Positions 1 to 11,347 are shown, counted from the stretch's first letter. The stretch is 32,000 bases of DNA from Trichlorobacter lovleyi SZ (GCF_000020385.1 NC_010814.1:2670001-2702000), one strand, 5' to 3'. Translations and numbers: made by a program. The notes: generated by a model not told the origin, from the letters alone.

Positions 1-55
1 GCAGCAGGCCGGCAAAACAGGCGCCTACAATCAGTAGAATTTTTTTTGCAGACAT
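1..55 (-). CDS. N-terminal fragment of an unidentified secreted or membrane protein (partial, runs off the window)
   Basis: The reverse strand reads ATG (55-53) and then MSAKKILLIVGACFAGLL, which is signal-peptide/TM-like. AGGAG (complement of 61-65) lies 5 nt upstream. Confidence 0.35.
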   Translation of the reverse strand, partial: MSAKKILLIVGACFAGLL

Positions 56-98
56 AACAACTCCTGCGGCAGATGCCGCCTTCAGAGGTAACACTTCT

Positions 99-572
99 AT
101 GCGAATTCTGGTTGTTTCAGACACCCACGGTAATCAGGCTGCCTTGCTACGGGCTCACGAAGCAGCCGGCAGATGTGAGGCGATTATACATCTGGGCGAT
201 GGCGAAGAGGATGCCGCGTTACTGGCAGTGCTTGACGAGGGGTGTCCGGTTGTACGGTTAGCCGGCAACTGTGACCTCGGATCAACAGCCCCCCGGGAGC
301 TGATCCGTGAGTGGGCGGGTGTCCGTCTGCTGCTCTGCCATGGTGATCGCTATGGTGTCAAAGGCGGCCTGGCACGCCTGCTTGAGCAGGGTCGCGCGAC
401 CGGTGTTGATGCCGTTCTGTATGGCCATACCCACCTTGCTCAGGCTGTCAGACAGGAAGGTATCTGGCTTATCAATCCGGGCACCCTGACCGCTCCGGCG
501 CCGTTTCACTCCTATGCCATTCTGGAGCTCAGTCATGCCGGTCTGCAGGTTACGATCCATCCCCTCCCCTGA
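99..572 (+). CDS. YfcE/MJ0936-type metallophosphoesterase (phosphodiesterase)
   Basis: 157 aa with the calcineurin-like motif series: VSDTHGN, GDGEED, GNCD, CHGD and GHTH. GAGG lies upstream of the ATG. Confidence 0.85.
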   Translation: MRILVVSDTHGNQAALLRAHEAAGRCEAIIHLGDGEEDAALLAVLDEGCPVVRLAGNCDLGSTAPRELIREWAGVRLLLCHGDRYGVKGGLARLLEQGRATGVDAVLYGHTHLAQAVRQEGIWLINPGTLTAPAPFHSYAILELSHAGLQVTIHPLP

Positions 573-1383
573 GCACCGGCTCATGCTCCTGCAACAGCTC
601 CTCATGCCCCTTGTGAATCGCCTTTTCAAGCCGCCGCCGCCGTGGCCAGCTCAGTAACAGGCCAATCGGTCCGGAAAGCACATAACTAAGCATAATCACA
701 AATATCATCACCGCCGGCTCAGCCGCGACAATGATCAGCAGCACCACGGCCAGCACCAGGAAGCCGAACGGTTGTTTCTTGATCAGCTCCGGATCCTTGA
801 ATGAGTAGTATTTGACACTGGAAACCATCAGGAAGGCCAGCAGATAGATCAGGACCAGGATGGCCAGTTTCTTGTAGGAGCTTGGCCAGCCGAAATGATT
901 AAAGAGCAGGACGGTGGAGGCAACCATGCTGGCTGCCGCCGGAATCGGCAGACCGACGAAGCGTTTGCTCTCAACCGTGCTGACCTGCACGTTGAAACGG
1001 GCCAGCCGCAGGGCGCCGCAGACCACAAACAGAAACGCCGCCAACCAGCCCAGGCGGCCAAACGGCTTCAGGGCCCAGGCGTACATCATCAGGCCGGGTG
1101 TCACCCCGAAGGCCACCAGATCTGCCAGTGAATCAAACTCAACGCCAAATTGGCTGGTTGTATTGGTCAGACGTGCCACCTTGCCGTCAAGGCCGTCGCA
1201 GACAGCCGAGATGAAGATCCAGATTGCTGCTGAACCGTAATTACCGTTCAGGGTGGCAACCATACTGTAGAACCCGGCAAACAGGCTGCCGGCAGTAATC
1301 AGGTTCGGCAGGATATAGATCCCCCGCCTGATGTTTTCATGCCTCTCGACAGGCTGCGGGTCTAATTGTTCCGGTGTCTCCAT
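550..1383 (-). CDS. pssA: CDP-diacylglycerol--serine O-phosphatidyltransferase
   Basis: CDP-alcohol phosphatidyltransferase motif DGLDGKVARLTNTTSQFGVEFDSLAD plus multiple TM segments. I prefer the start at Met18 (METPEQ, 1383) because AAGGAG lies ~9 nt upstream. The longer ORF start at 1434 would overlap psd by 29 nt. Confidence 0.9.
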   Translation of the reverse strand: METPEQLDPQPVERHENIRRGIYILPNLITAGSLFAGFYSMVATLNGNYGSAAIWIFISAVCDGLDGKVARLTNTTSQFGVEFDSLADLVAFGVTPGLMMYAWALKPFGRLGWLAAFLFVVCGALRLARFNVQVSTVESKRFVGLPIPAAASMVASTVLLFNHFGWPSSYKKLAILVLIYLLAFLMVSSVKYYSFKDPELIKKQPFGFLVLAVVLLIIVAAEPAVMIFVIMLSYVLSGPIGLLLSWPRRRRLEKAIHKGHEELLQEHEPVLRGGDGS

Positions 1384-1405
1384 AGGTGTTGGCTCCTTGT
1401 TGGTG

Positions 1406-2083
1406 TTACCCCAGCCTGACCAGGGCTGTTTCACCTGCGACAGTCGTCTGTCCCACAGTTACCAGACTTTCCAGACCCTCCGGCAGATAGACATCAACCC
1501 TGGATCCAAAACGGATCATGCCGTAGCGCTGCCCCCGTTCAAGGCGGTCGCCGACCTCCGCGTAGCAGAGGATTCTGCGGGCAATCAGTCCGGCTATCTG
1601 CACGAAGGCCACCCGTACGCCGTTATCCTGCTCCATGACCAGCCCGCACTGCTCATTTTCGCAGGAGGCATCGGCATGGCGGGCATCGTAAAACTTACCC
1701 TGTTTGTAAAAACGATCCACCACCGTGCCGGAGATGGGGGCACGATTCACATGGACGTTAAAGACCGACATGAAGATGCTGATCTTCTGGCAGGCCCCCA
1801 GATGCTCCTGGGTCGCCGGTCCGACGTAGACCACCGTCCCATCGGCAGGAGCCACCAGCAGGGCCGTATCAGCCGGCGGCATCCGTTCCGGATTGCGAAA
1901 AAATGATATCACAAACAGCACCAGCAGCAGCGTAACAGCGGCAGGCACCGCCAATGCAACCGACTTCAGCAGTACGGCACCGCCGGCCAGAAACAGAAAC
2001 AGACCGGCACTATAGGCGATAAACGGGTATCCTTCAGGGGTTATCAGGGCATTTGATGGGCGCATGAATAGTCCATTATACAT
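1406..2083 (-). CDS. psd: Phosphatidylserine decarboxylase proenzyme (short form)
   Basis: 225 aa with two N-terminal TM helices and the self-cleavage-type motif FGSRVDVYLP near the C-terminus. It sits immediately upstream of pssA. The start is uncertain (2083 or Met7 at 2065) and neither has a clear SD. Confidence 0.88.
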   Translation of the reverse strand: MYNGLFMRPSNALITPEGYPFIAYSAGLFLFLAGGAVLLKSVALAVPAAVTLLLVLFVISFFRNPERMPPADTALLVAPADGTVVYVGPATQEHLGACQKISIFMSVFNVHVNRAPISGTVVDRFYKQGKFYDARHADASCENEQCGLVMEQDNGVRVAFVQIAGLIARRILCYAEVGDRLERGQRYGMIRFGSRVDVYLPEGLESLVTVGQTTVAGETALVRLG

Positions 2084-2087
2084 AACG

Positions 2088-2118
2088 TAGAAAACCCCGC
2101 TCCCAGTAAGAGCGGGGT
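2088..2118 (-). terminator. Rho-independent terminator-like hairpin downstream of ilvC
   Basis: On the minus strand, CCCCGCTC (complement of 2110-2117) pairs with GAGCGGGG (complement of 2095-2102) around a 7-nt loop. TTTTCTACGTT follows. Confidence 0.6.
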
Positions 2119-2142
2119 CTGAATAGCAGTTACAACGGCAGC

Positions 2143-3249
<1,107 letters not shown>

Positions 3250-3270
3250 TCAATCGGCGCCTGCCTGCTG

Positions 3271-3762
3271 CTACCCTTTCCAGCCCTTGGCACCACGCCC
3301 GATGGCAACCGCACCGGTCCTGACCAGCTCCTTCAACCCCAGGGGACGCAGCAGGTCAAGGATGGCATTGATCTTGGCCGGGGCTCCGGTGGCCTCGATG
3401 GTATAGGACTTGGGAGTGACGTCAATAATCTTGGCCCGGAAAATATCAACGATCCGCAAGACCTCGGCCCGGCTATCGTCTTCGGCCGTCACCTTGATCA
3501 GTGCCAGTTCACGTTCAATGGCGCTGCCGTCACTGAAGTCCAGCACCTTGATCACATCCACCAGTTTGTTCAACTGCTTGGTAATCTGCTCAAGGACCGC
3601 GTCATCACCCCTGGTGACAATCGTAATCCGGGAAAGCGATTCATCACTGGTTGGCGCAACCGTAAGCGAGTCTATGTTAAATCCTCTACCGGAAAACAGG
3701 CCCGAAACCCGGGCCAGTACGCCGAATTCATTCTCTACCACAACCGATATGGTATGTTGCAT
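3271..3762 (-). CDS. ilvN: Acetolactate synthase small (regulatory) subunit
   Basis: 163 aa with an ACT-domain start HTISVVVENEFGVLARVSGLFSGRGFNIDSL. It lies directly downstream of ilvB. Confidence 0.93.
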   Translation of the reverse strand: MQHTISVVVENEFGVLARVSGLFSGRGFNIDSLTVAPTSDESLSRITIVTRGDDAVLEQITKQLNKLVDVIKVLDFSDGSAIERELALIKVTAEDDSRAEVLRIVDIFRAKIIDVTPKSYTIEATGAPAKINAILDLLRPLGLKELVRTGAVAIGRGAKGWKG

Positions 3763-3783
3763 TAGCTCGTTTCCTCCAAGTCC

Positions 3784-5484
3784 CTAGGCGTTCAACACCA
3801 TTTCATTCAGCGACGCCCCGGCAGGGACCATCGGCAACACCTTTTCCTCCCGGGCGATCTTGAACTCCATGATCACCGGACCGTCATGGGCAAAGCCCTC
3901 TTTGATCACCTGCTCCACCTCGGACGGCTTGTCCGCCTTGAGCCCTTTGGCGCCGTAGGCCTCGGCAATCCTGGCAAAATCCATCGGCAGCTCAAGACAG
4001 GTCTGGGAGTAACGCTTGTCAAAGAACAGCTCCTGCCATTGACGCACCATTCCCAGGAAGTTGTTGTTCAGGACAACAATCTTGACCGGCAGACGATGCT
4101 GTACCAGGGTAGCCAGTTCCTGCATGTTCATCTGCACGCCACCGTCACCACAGACGCAGATCACCTGGCGTTTGGGATAGGCAGCCTGTGCCCCCATGGC
4201 TGCCGGCAGACCGAAACCCATGGTGCCCAGACCGCCGGAGGTCAGCAGCGTCCGAGGCTGGTTGAACTCAAAGAACTGGGCGGTCCACATCTGATGTTGA
4301 CCCACGTCGGTCGCCATGATGGCATCATCCTCTGACAGCTCACGCAGCTTCTGAATCACATACTGGGGCTTGATCACGCTGCTGCTCTGCTTGTAGGCGA
4401 TCGGATGCTTTGCCTTCCAGCCGCTGATATCCTCATGCCATGCCTCCATGGCACTGTGCTGCGCAGATACCTTCTCGGTCTGTCCTTTCAGGCATTCAAT
4501 CATCTTGACCAGAACATCCTTGGTGTCACCCACGATCGGCAGATCAACCCGCACGTTCTTACGGATCGAAGTTGGATCGACATCGATATGGATGATCTTG
4601 GCGTGGGGTGCAAAGGTGGCGATCTTGCCGGTTACCCGGTCATCAAAACGGGCGCCGACCGCCAGGATCAGATCCGAGTGGGTCATGGCCATGTTGGCGG
4701 CATAGGCACCGTGCATCCCCAGCATCTTGAGGGACAGCGGATCGTTCTCCGGGAAGGCCCCCAGCCCCATCAGGGTGGTGGTGACCGGGAACTGCAGGGT
4801 ACGGGCCAGCTCAGTCAGCTCCTCGGCGGCATTTGCCAGGATGACCCCGCCGCCTACATACATAACCGGACGGCGAGCAACCAGCAGCATATCCACCGCT
4901 TTTTCCACCTGCTTCTGGTGCCCCTCCAGATTCGGCTTGTAGCCGCGGATCTCAATTGACTCGGGCCACTTGAACTCGGCCTGGCTGATCTGGACATCCT
5001 TGGGGAAGTCGATCAGCACCGGACCGGGACGACCGGAACGGGCAATATAAAACGCCTTGCGCACGATGGTCGGGATATCCTTGGCATGCCGGATCAGGAA
5101 GCTGTGCTTGGTGATCGGACGGGTAATGCCGATGATATCCACCTCCTGAAAGGCATCGTTGCCGATCAGGGGAGTTGGGACCTGACCGGTGATGATAACC
5201 ATCGGGATTGAATCCATGTAGGCCGTAGCGATACCGGTAATGGTGTTGGTGGCGCCGGGACCAGAGGTGGCAATCGCCACGCCGACCTTGCCGGTGGCAC
5301 GGGCATAACCGTCAGCCGCATGGGTACCGCCCTGTTCATGGCGGGGCAGGATATGGCGGATCTCCCGCACATTCATCAGTTCATCATAGAGATTGATCAC
5401 CGTTCCGCCGGGGTAGCCGAATACCAGATCCACCCCTTCACGCTTCAGGCTTTCAAGCAGGATACGTGCTCCATTCATTTTCAT
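3784..5484 (-). CDS. ilvB: Acetolactate synthase large (catalytic) subunit, ThDP-dependent
   Basis: 566 aa with the ThDP-binding motif GDGGVQMNMQELATL...NN and an N-terminal pyrimidine-binding domain (HEQGGTHAADGYAR). Confidence 0.95.
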   Translation of the reverse strand: MKMNGARILLESLKREGVDLVFGYPGGTVINLYDELMNVREIRHILPRHEQGGTHAADGYARATGKVGVAIATSGPGATNTITGIATAYMDSIPMVIITGQVPTPLIGNDAFQEVDIIGITRPITKHSFLIRHAKDIPTIVRKAFYIARSGRPGPVLIDFPKDVQISQAEFKWPESIEIRGYKPNLEGHQKQVEKAVDMLLVARRPVMYVGGGVILANAAEELTELARTLQFPVTTTLMGLGAFPENDPLSLKMLGMHGAYAANMAMTHSDLILAVGARFDDRVTGKIATFAPHAKIIHIDVDPTSIRKNVRVDLPIVGDTKDVLVKMIECLKGQTEKVSAQHSAMEAWHEDISGWKAKHPIAYKQSSSVIKPQYVIQKLRELSEDDAIMATDVGQHQMWTAQFFEFNQPRTLLTSGGLGTMGFGLPAAMGAQAAYPKRQVICVCGDGGVQMNMQELATLVQHRLPVKIVVLNNNFLGMVRQWQELFFDKRYSQTCLELPMDFARIAEAYGAKGLKADKPSEVEQVIKEGFAHDGPVIMEFKIAREEKVLPMVPAGASLNEMVLNA

Positions 5485-5501
5485 GCAAAACCTCGTTAAG
5501 T

Positions 5502-5915
5502 CTAAAAATTATTGGGATTACCGGTTACAATATTAATAACCGTATATTTTACATCACCATTGCCATCAACCAGCTTGCGCTGCTGGCTGACATTGTCAAA
5601 AAAGACCTTATAGCAAGCACTGGGGGCAAAGTTGGCGTTCCAGTTACTGAAGCAGAGCTGCCCTTCCTGGGTGATGTTCCAGTTGCCTTTGTTCTTTTCA
5701 CCATAGGAACCCTTGCCGATCACCACGCCGCCACGGTCAAAATAATAGGTATCACCGTTTGCTGCAGTAACCGTGTTACCGACCAGAATTTCCTTGACCT
5801 CTCTGGCACCCAGCAGGGTTGAGCTGGAATCACGCAGGGCCGATTCATCGGTCTTGCAGGCAGTGACAGTTAGAGCCAGAACGGAAGCGGCAAACAGTAC
5901 GATAAGCTTTCTCAT
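5502..5915 (-). CDS. Small lipoprotein of unknown function
   Basis: 137 aa. The signal peptide carries a lipobox (LALTVTA|C). A strong GGAGGA RBS precedes it. The mature part is Gly/Asn-rich with two Cys (LCFSNW...PSACYKV). The stop is 17 nt before the ilvB start. Confidence 0.75.
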   Translation of the reverse strand: MRKLIVLFAASVLALTVTACKTDESALRDSSSTLLGAREVKEILVGNTVTAANGDTYYFDRGGVVIGKGSYGEKNKGNWNITQEGQLCFSNWNANFAPSACYKVFFDNVSQQRKLVDGNGDVKYTVINIVTGNPNNF

Positions 5916-6046
5916 GGCAGATTCCTCCTTCGATACACGTGGTTTAGTTGGGGAAACGAGGCTTTTTTGTTCTGGTTTCGATAGCCGAGGAACGACGCGG
6001 AGGCGTTCCGAAGGCTAGCGGGACCAGGGCGTAAAAGGGCCGTTTC

Positions 6047-7708
6047 CTAGTCAGCAGTGGTCACTGCGCCGGTATAGGCAGAGGTAACCACTTTAGCGTA
6101 GCGTGCCAGCCAGCCGGTCTTGATCTTCGGTTCCGGCGCAGTCCACTGGGCACGGCGGGCCTCAATAGTTGCCCCATCAACCAGCAGATCCAGCTTGCGG
6201 TTGGGGATATCCAGCAGGATCCGGTCGCCATCCTGAATCAGGGCGATCGGGCCGCCTTCAGCAGCTTCAGGTGATACATGGCCGATACAGGGGCCACGGG
6301 TGCCGCCGGAGAAACGGCCATCAGTGATCAGGGCCACCGAATCTCCCAGACCAAGTCCCATCAGGGCAGCGGTGGGTGCCAGCATCTCACGCATTCCCGG
6401 ACCACCTTTGGGGCCTTCATAGCGGATTACCACCACATCACCGGCCTTGATCACCCCTTCCATCAGGGCTGCCATGGCCAGCTCTTCAGAATCAAAGCAG
6501 CGGGCCGTGCCTTCAAACAGCATCATCTTGTCCGACACACCGGACTGCTTGACTACCGCCCCCTTCGGCGCGATGGAACCGAACAGCACCGCAATGCCGC
6601 CCTCCTTCTTAACCGGCGCCGACAGGGGACGAATCACCTCTTGATCAACATTTTCAATACTTGCCGCCAGTTGGCGGGTAGTCAGGCCAAACAGGGTCCG
6701 GGTATCAATAATCTTGTCACCCAGCTGCTTCAGCACGCCGCAGACACCACCGGCAATATCCAGATCTTCCATAAAGTGCTTGCCGGCCGGGTTCATGGAG
6801 GCCAGCTGCGGGGTTTCCTTCGCCAGGATATCAAAGGTCTCCAGCGGCAGATCCACTCCAGCCTCGCGGGCAATGGCCAGCAGGTGCAGCACGGTATTGG
6901 ATGACCCCCCCAGGGCCAGGTCAACCCGGATGGCGTTTTCAAAGGCAGCACGGGTCATGATATCCCGTGGCTTGACATCATTGTGTACCAGCTCAACGAT
7001 CTTCTCACCTGAGGCAAAGGCGATTCTCCGCTTCATGGCAGATACTGCCAGGGCAGTGCCGCAGCGGGGCAACGACATCCCCAGGGTCTCGGTCAGGATC
7101 GCCATGGTGTTGGCGGTGAACAGCCCCTGGCAGGAACCCATGCCGGGACAGGCGTTGTCCTCGCAGACCTGCAGTTCCTTGGCATCAATCACGCCGGCCT
7201 TGTAACGGGCCATCGCCTCAAAGGTATCGGTTACAAAGGAATAGGCACGGCCTTCAACCCCTCTACCGCTCATCATCGGACCGGCAGTCACAATAATACA
7301 GGGGATGTTCAGACGGGCAGCCGCCATCAGCATACCGGGGGTGATCTTGTCGCAGTTGGTCAACAGCACCAGACCATCCAGACGATGTGCCTCAGCCACT
7401 GACTCCACCATATCGGCAATCAGCTCGCGGGTCGGCAGGGAGTAGTGCATCCCTTTGTGCCCCATGGCGATGCCGTCACAGACACCAGGAATACCAAAAA
7501 ACTGGGCATACCCACCGCCGCTGTGGATCCCCTTCTCGATAAACCGCTCCAGGTCACGCATCCCGACATGGCCGGGAATCAGGTCGGTAAAGCTGGTGGC
7601 AACGCCGATAAAGGGTCGCTCCATCTGACTCTGCGGTATGCCTGTAGCCTTCAGCAAGGCCCGGTGCGGCGTCCGCTCCAGACCTTTTTTAATCATATCA
7701 CTACGCAT
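6047..7708 (-). CDS. ilvD: Dihydroxy-acid dehydratase
   Basis: 553 aa with IlvD/Edd signatures: [21 protein letters not shown] and [18 protein letters not shown]. Confidence 0.97.
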   Translation of the reverse strand: MRSDMIKKGLERTPHRALLKATGIPQSQMERPFIGVATSFTDLIPGHVGMRDLERFIEKGIHSGGGYAQFFGIPGVCDGIAMGHKGMHYSLPTRELIADMVESVAEAHRLDGLVLLTNCDKITPGMLMAAARLNIPCIIVTAGPMMSGRGVEGRAYSFVTDTFEAMARYKAGVIDAKELQVCEDNACPGMGSCQGLFTANTMAILTETLGMSLPRCGTALAVSAMKRRIAFASGEKIVELVHNDVKPRDIMTRAAFENAIRVDLALGGSSNTVLHLLAIAREAGVDLPLETFDILAKETPQLASMNPAGKHFMEDLDIAGGVCGVLKQLGDKIIDTRTLFGLTTRQLAASIENVDQEVIRPLSAPVKKEGGIAVLFGSIAPKGAVVKQSGVSDKMMLFEGTARCFDSEELAMAALMEGVIKAGDVVVIRYEGPKGGPGMREMLAPTAALMGLGLGDSVALITDGRFSGGTRGPCIGHVSPEAAEGGPIALIQDGDRILLDIPNRKLDLLVDGATIEARRAQWTAPEPKIKTGWLARYAKVVTSAYTGAVTTAD

Positions 7709-7762
7709 GCACAGCCTCCTGCAAAAACTTTGTTTGTTGTCGTCAAATCAAGCGGTTGAAAG

Positions 7763-7790
7763 AAGCATGAACACTAATATATTCATGCTT
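7763..7790. promoter_or_regulatory. Perfect 9-bp inverted repeat in the ilvD / binding-protein divergent intergenic region
   Basis: AAGCATGAA (7763-7771) and TTCATGCTT (7782-7790) are exact reverse complements, 10 nt apart. A further half-site-like ATGAAGCAT lies at 7843-7851. Confidence 0.3.
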
Positions 7791-7953
7791 GCGGTGTCAA
7801 CCGATGATTCACAACTATGTTCATCAGCAATTTACTTTATAAATGAAGCATTTTTATGGTACGTTTACAAAAAATAATTATGATATCAGTCATTTATTAG
7901 ACAAATCTAACCATCCAACAGACTCACCCCACACTGAAAGGAGTAGAACAAAC

Positions 7954-8715
7954 ATGAATTTTTATCTTGTGAAACGATTCGTCACCGCCATGGCACTCAC
8001 CCTTATTGCCGGCACCGCCTTTGCTGAAGATATCCGCATCGGGGCCGGGGCAGCCCCGACCGAAAACATCCTGAAGCCGATCCGGGCCGCATTTGAAAAG
8101 GCCAGCGGCATTATCCTCAACACCATCTCCAACGGCCCCAAACAAGCCTTTATCGAACTCGAAAAAGGGGCTGTGGATGCAGCCGCAGCAGGGCTGGCTC
8201 TGGATGACTGGTGGGCGCTGCTCAAGAAAGAGGGAGTCGCGGTAGCAAACCCCGGCGCCTATCAGGGACAGGTAATCGGCAAAGACCGCGTGGTGGTCAT
8301 CACCCACAAAGACAACAGAATTTCCGCCCTTTCCAAAGAGCAGCTGCAGGGGATCTTCAGCGGCAAGACCCAGAACTGGAAGGATGTCGGCGGCAAAGAC
8401 ATGCCGATTCTGATTGTCTGGGGCAGCCTGATTCCCGGCACCAACAGCATGTTCAGCAAGGTCGCCCTGGGCGGCACCACGGTCACCAAAGAGGTGCTTG
8501 ATGCAACCACGGCCGAAGATGTCAAGGACAAGGTCAAGAGCAACCCTGAGGCGATCGGCATCGGACCGGCAGCCATTATTGACGACAGCATCTGGTCACC
8601 CAAATCACCGGAAGTTGCCCGCGATATCACCCTGCTCACCAAGGGTGCTCCCTCAGCCAAGGTTCAGAAGCTGCTGGGATTCATCAAGGGTGATGGCGCT
8701 AAGCTGATCAAGTAA
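7954..8715 (+). CDS. Periplasmic PstS/PBP-like-2 family substrate-binding protein
   Basis: The start is set at the ATG at 7954, where GAAAGGAG lies 10 nt upstream. The signal peptide is MNFYLVKRFVTAMALTLIAGTAFA. The PstS-type signature is LSKEQLQGIFSGKTQNWKDVGG...PGTNSMF. Confidence 0.85.
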   Translation: MNFYLVKRFVTAMALTLIAGTAFAEDIRIGAGAAPTENILKPIRAAFEKASGIILNTISNGPKQAFIELEKGAVDAAAAGLALDDWWALLKKEGVAVANPGAYQGQVIGKDRVVVITHKDNRISALSKEQLQGIFSGKTQNWKDVGGKDMPILIVWGSLIPGTNSMFSKVALGGTTVTKEVLDATTAEDVKDKVKSNPEAIGIGPAAIIDDSIWSPKSPEVARDITLLTKGAPSAKVQKLLGFIKGDGAKLIK

Positions 8716-8754
8716 TCATACTACTGCTTCCAGGCCAAAAGGGCATATCATTTT

Positions 8755-11211
8755 ATGACCATTAAGACCAAACTCACCCTTAATATTGTCATTGTGCTGG
8801 CCATCGTGGCAACCGTGGTGGTGACCAGCATCTTCGGGATGCGCTTCATCAGCGGTAAGCTTTCCTACCTGACCCAGAAAAGCACGCCCTACCAGATGCG
8901 GACCCTGGAGTTCCAGCGGGAGATTCAGGGGGCCACCGCCACCCTGTTCAAGATCAACACCGCTGCAACTCCCCAAGAGCTGCAGAGTTTTAAGACAGAG
9001 GCAGAAAAGGCGCTGGGAGAGGTCAAGTCTTCACAGGTACAACTGGAAAGCCTGACAGCAGGTGGGGCCAGACTGGACACCCACGAATCGTTGCGCACAG
9101 TTGCAACAGAACTGTTTGACATTTCGGCCGGCAAGCTGAAGGCGCAGGATGACGCGGCCAAGGCGGCTGTTGATCTGAACAGGCGTATGGCCGAGGCAAC
9201 CGCAAAACTGCGCCAGCTGGACAGTAAGATCAGGACCCTGCAGGGCAATCGTACCGGGGCGTTCAGTAATGCCCTGGATGAATCCGGCAAGATCTCCAGC
9301 CGTCTGCGCGGGGTGGAGGCGGCTCGTCTGCAGCTGAAAGACCTGCAACTGGCCTTCTACGAAGTACAGCATGCCCAGAAACGCCCGACACTGCTGATTG
9401 CACGGGGTAAGGTCAATGCTGCGATCAACAAACTGAACCAGAACGACCACCTGAAAACCACCAAGGGGGCTGCTGCTGAGATCAAACTGCTGGCTGATCG
9501 CCTGGATGAACTGCAGAAGCTGCAGGGCAACTGGTTGTCCCAAAAGGATGAGGCCACCAAAGGCAAGGTTGAAGCGTTAAGCCGTGAAATCAGCGAAAAG
9601 TTGAATTCACTCTCCCTGTCCATTGAGCAGGATGCCATCCTGGCCGGAGAGAAATATGCAGCTGAGGCAGCCCGTCAAGGCACCATGTTCGGACAATCTA
9701 ATCAGGCCAACAGCATCCTGATCGCCAATTCCGAACTGATGAGCCAGGGGCTGGCCATTGAAGCCGGTTCAGCCAGGCTGTTTACTCTGAAATCCATTCC
9801 GGAGATTGATGCGGCAACACCGGCCATCCGGGCTGATTTTGCCAAGGCGGCCAGATCAATTGCGATGCTGGAGAAGGATCTGAACAAGCTGGGAGTCAAA
9901 GGAGAGCTGCAGATGCTGCGCAGCGCAGCAGCTGCGCTGACCGGGATCCAGGGCATGCTGTTGAGTGACAGCGGTATTGTGGCCACCCTGAAGAAACGGT
10001 TTGAGATGGAGCAGAAGGCGGTCCAGTCAGCCCTGAAGCTGCGTGATATCGTCATTAAGCAGGCTGAAAAAGGCAAGGAGTCGGTTTCAGCGGCCCGGGG
10101 CGAGCAGGAGAAGGCGATCGCCTCAGTCAACAAGATCGTCAAGACCAGCATCACCCTGCTGGTAATCATCAGTATCGCGGCTGCAGTTGCCGGCACCGTG
10201 ATCGGCGCCTGGGTCTTTAAATCCGTATCATCCCCCCTTGCTCAGCTGATCACGGTTTCCGACCATGTTGCCGGAGGCGACCTGAAAGAGGTACAGCTGC
10301 GTTCCACCAAAGATGAGTTCGGTAAGGTGCTGTCATCCATGGGGGCCATGGTAACCAACCTGCGGGAGATGGCAGGCAAGATCTCCAACTCAACCGCAAC
10401 GGTGGCCAACAGCGCCGATGAACTGGCCAACACCGCCCGAGAGCTGGAGACCGACTCCACCAGCCAGACCAGTCAGATTGAACAGTCGGTCACGGCCATG
10501 ACAGAAATGGTTCAGACCATCCAGGACGTTTCACAGAACGCCCTGGCCACCTCTGATGCCGCCGGCAGGATGAAGAGCCTGGCTACAGAGGGCAAACAGG
10601 CCCTGGATCTCACCTCCCGCGAACTATTCGCCTTTGCGGAGGTGGTCAAACAGTCGGTTGCCCGGGTTGAAGCACTGGGCGAGCGGTCGGCTGCGATCAA
10701 CGAGATCGTAAATATGATCAAGGATATCGCTGATCAGACCAACCTGCTGGCCCTGAATGCCGCCATTGAGGCAGCCAGGGCAGGTGACAGCGGACGCGGT
10801 TTCGCCGTGGTGGCCGACAGTGTACGCCAGCTGTCGCAGCGCACCACCGAGTCTGCCGATGAAATCGCCGCCACGGTCAAAGGGATGCAGGTTGAAGTGA
10901 GCTCATCGATTACCAGCATGCAGCATGAGCGGCAGGCGATCGACAAGATCGTGGCTGCCGTTGACAGCACCCAGGCCGCCATGGAGCAGATTGTCGGCAA
11001 CGTGGAACAGGTCTTTGAGATGGTGCAGACCATTGCCACGGCCACTGAAGAACAGTCGGCCACGGCCGAGGATGTCAACCGCTCGATGCTTGCCATCCAC
11101 CAGATCACCGGCAAGCTCTCAAACTCGGTTGAGCAGATCAAGCAGACCTCCGAGGCGTTTGATCAGCTGGCCCATGAACTGCAACAGATGGTGGGCTGGT
11201 TCAAGCTATAG
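8755..11211 (+). CDS. Methyl-accepting chemotaxis protein with a ~430-aa helical periplasmic domain
   Basis: 818 aa. TM1 spans about residues 8-30 and TM2 about 463-488. A HAMP-like segment follows, then the MCP hairpin-tip signature [36 protein letters not shown]. Confidence 0.93.
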   Translation: MTIKTKLTLNIVIVLAIVATVVVTSIFGMRFISGKLSYLTQKSTPYQMRTLEFQREIQGATATLFKINTAATPQELQSFKTEAEKALGEVKSSQVQLESLTAGGARLDTHESLRTVATELFDISAGKLKAQDDAAKAAVDLNRRMAEATAKLRQLDSKIRTLQGNRTGAFSNALDESGKISSRLRGVEAARLQLKDLQLAFYEVQHAQKRPTLLIARGKVNAAINKLNQNDHLKTTKGAAAEIKLLADRLDELQKLQGNWLSQKDEATKGKVEALSREISEKLNSLSLSIEQDAILAGEKYAAEAARQGTMFGQSNQANSILIANSELMSQGLAIEAGSARLFTLKSIPEIDAATPAIRADFAKAARSIAMLEKDLNKLGVKGELQMLRSAAAALTGIQGMLLSDSGIVATLKKRFEMEQKAVQSALKLRDIVIKQAEKGKESVSAARGEQEKAIASVNKIVKTSITLLVIISIAAAVAGTVIGAWVFKSVSSPLAQLITVSDHVAGGDLKEVQLRSTKDEFGKVLSSMGAMVTNLREMAGKISNSTATVANSADELANTARELETDSTSQTSQIEQSVTAMTEMVQTIQDVSQNALATSDAAGRMKSLATEGKQALDLTSRELFAFAEVVKQSVARVEALGERSAAINEIVNMIKDIADQTNLLALNAAIEAARAGDSGRGFAVVADSVRQLSQRTTESADEIAATVKGMQVEVSSSITSMQHERQAIDKIVAAVDSTQAAMEQIVGNVEQVFEMVQTIATATEEQSATAEDVNRSMLAIHQITGKLSNSVEQIKQTSEAFDQLAHELQQMVGWFKL

Positions 11212-11243
11212 ACAACGCCATTCATCCACCATGCAAGAACAGA

Positions 11244-11273
11244 GGGGGACCGACCGGGTCCCCCTTCTTTTTT
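11244..11273 (+). terminator. Rho-independent terminator after the MCP gene
   Basis: GGGGGAC (11244-11250) pairs with GTCCCCC (11258-11264). TTCTTTTTT follows. Confidence 0.75.
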
Positions 11274-11284
11274 CACTGCCCGCC

Positions 11285-11313
11285 TTGAACAATAGGGCTT
11301 TGAACGGTATACT
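11285..11313 (+). promoter_or_regulatory. Candidate sigma70-type promoter for glgP
   Basis: TTGAAC (11285-11290), a 17-nt spacer, then TATACT (11308-11313), about 35 nt upstream of the glgP ATG. Confidence 0.4.
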
Positions 11314-11347
11314 TCCGCATTACATTCCGAGACTGTGAGGATACCCC

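Noticed and set aside
550-572. A 23-nt overlap of the convergent 3' ends of the phosphoesterase gene and pssA.
   Set aside because: The overlap is real in the sequence, but it is a common consequence of compact convergent genes. I see no structure or motif there suggesting a specific function.
7843-7953. A 37-codon extension of the binding-protein ORF.
   Set aside because: It lies in AT-rich promoter-like DNA. The ATG at 7954 has a GAAAGGAG RBS and starts a proper signal peptide.
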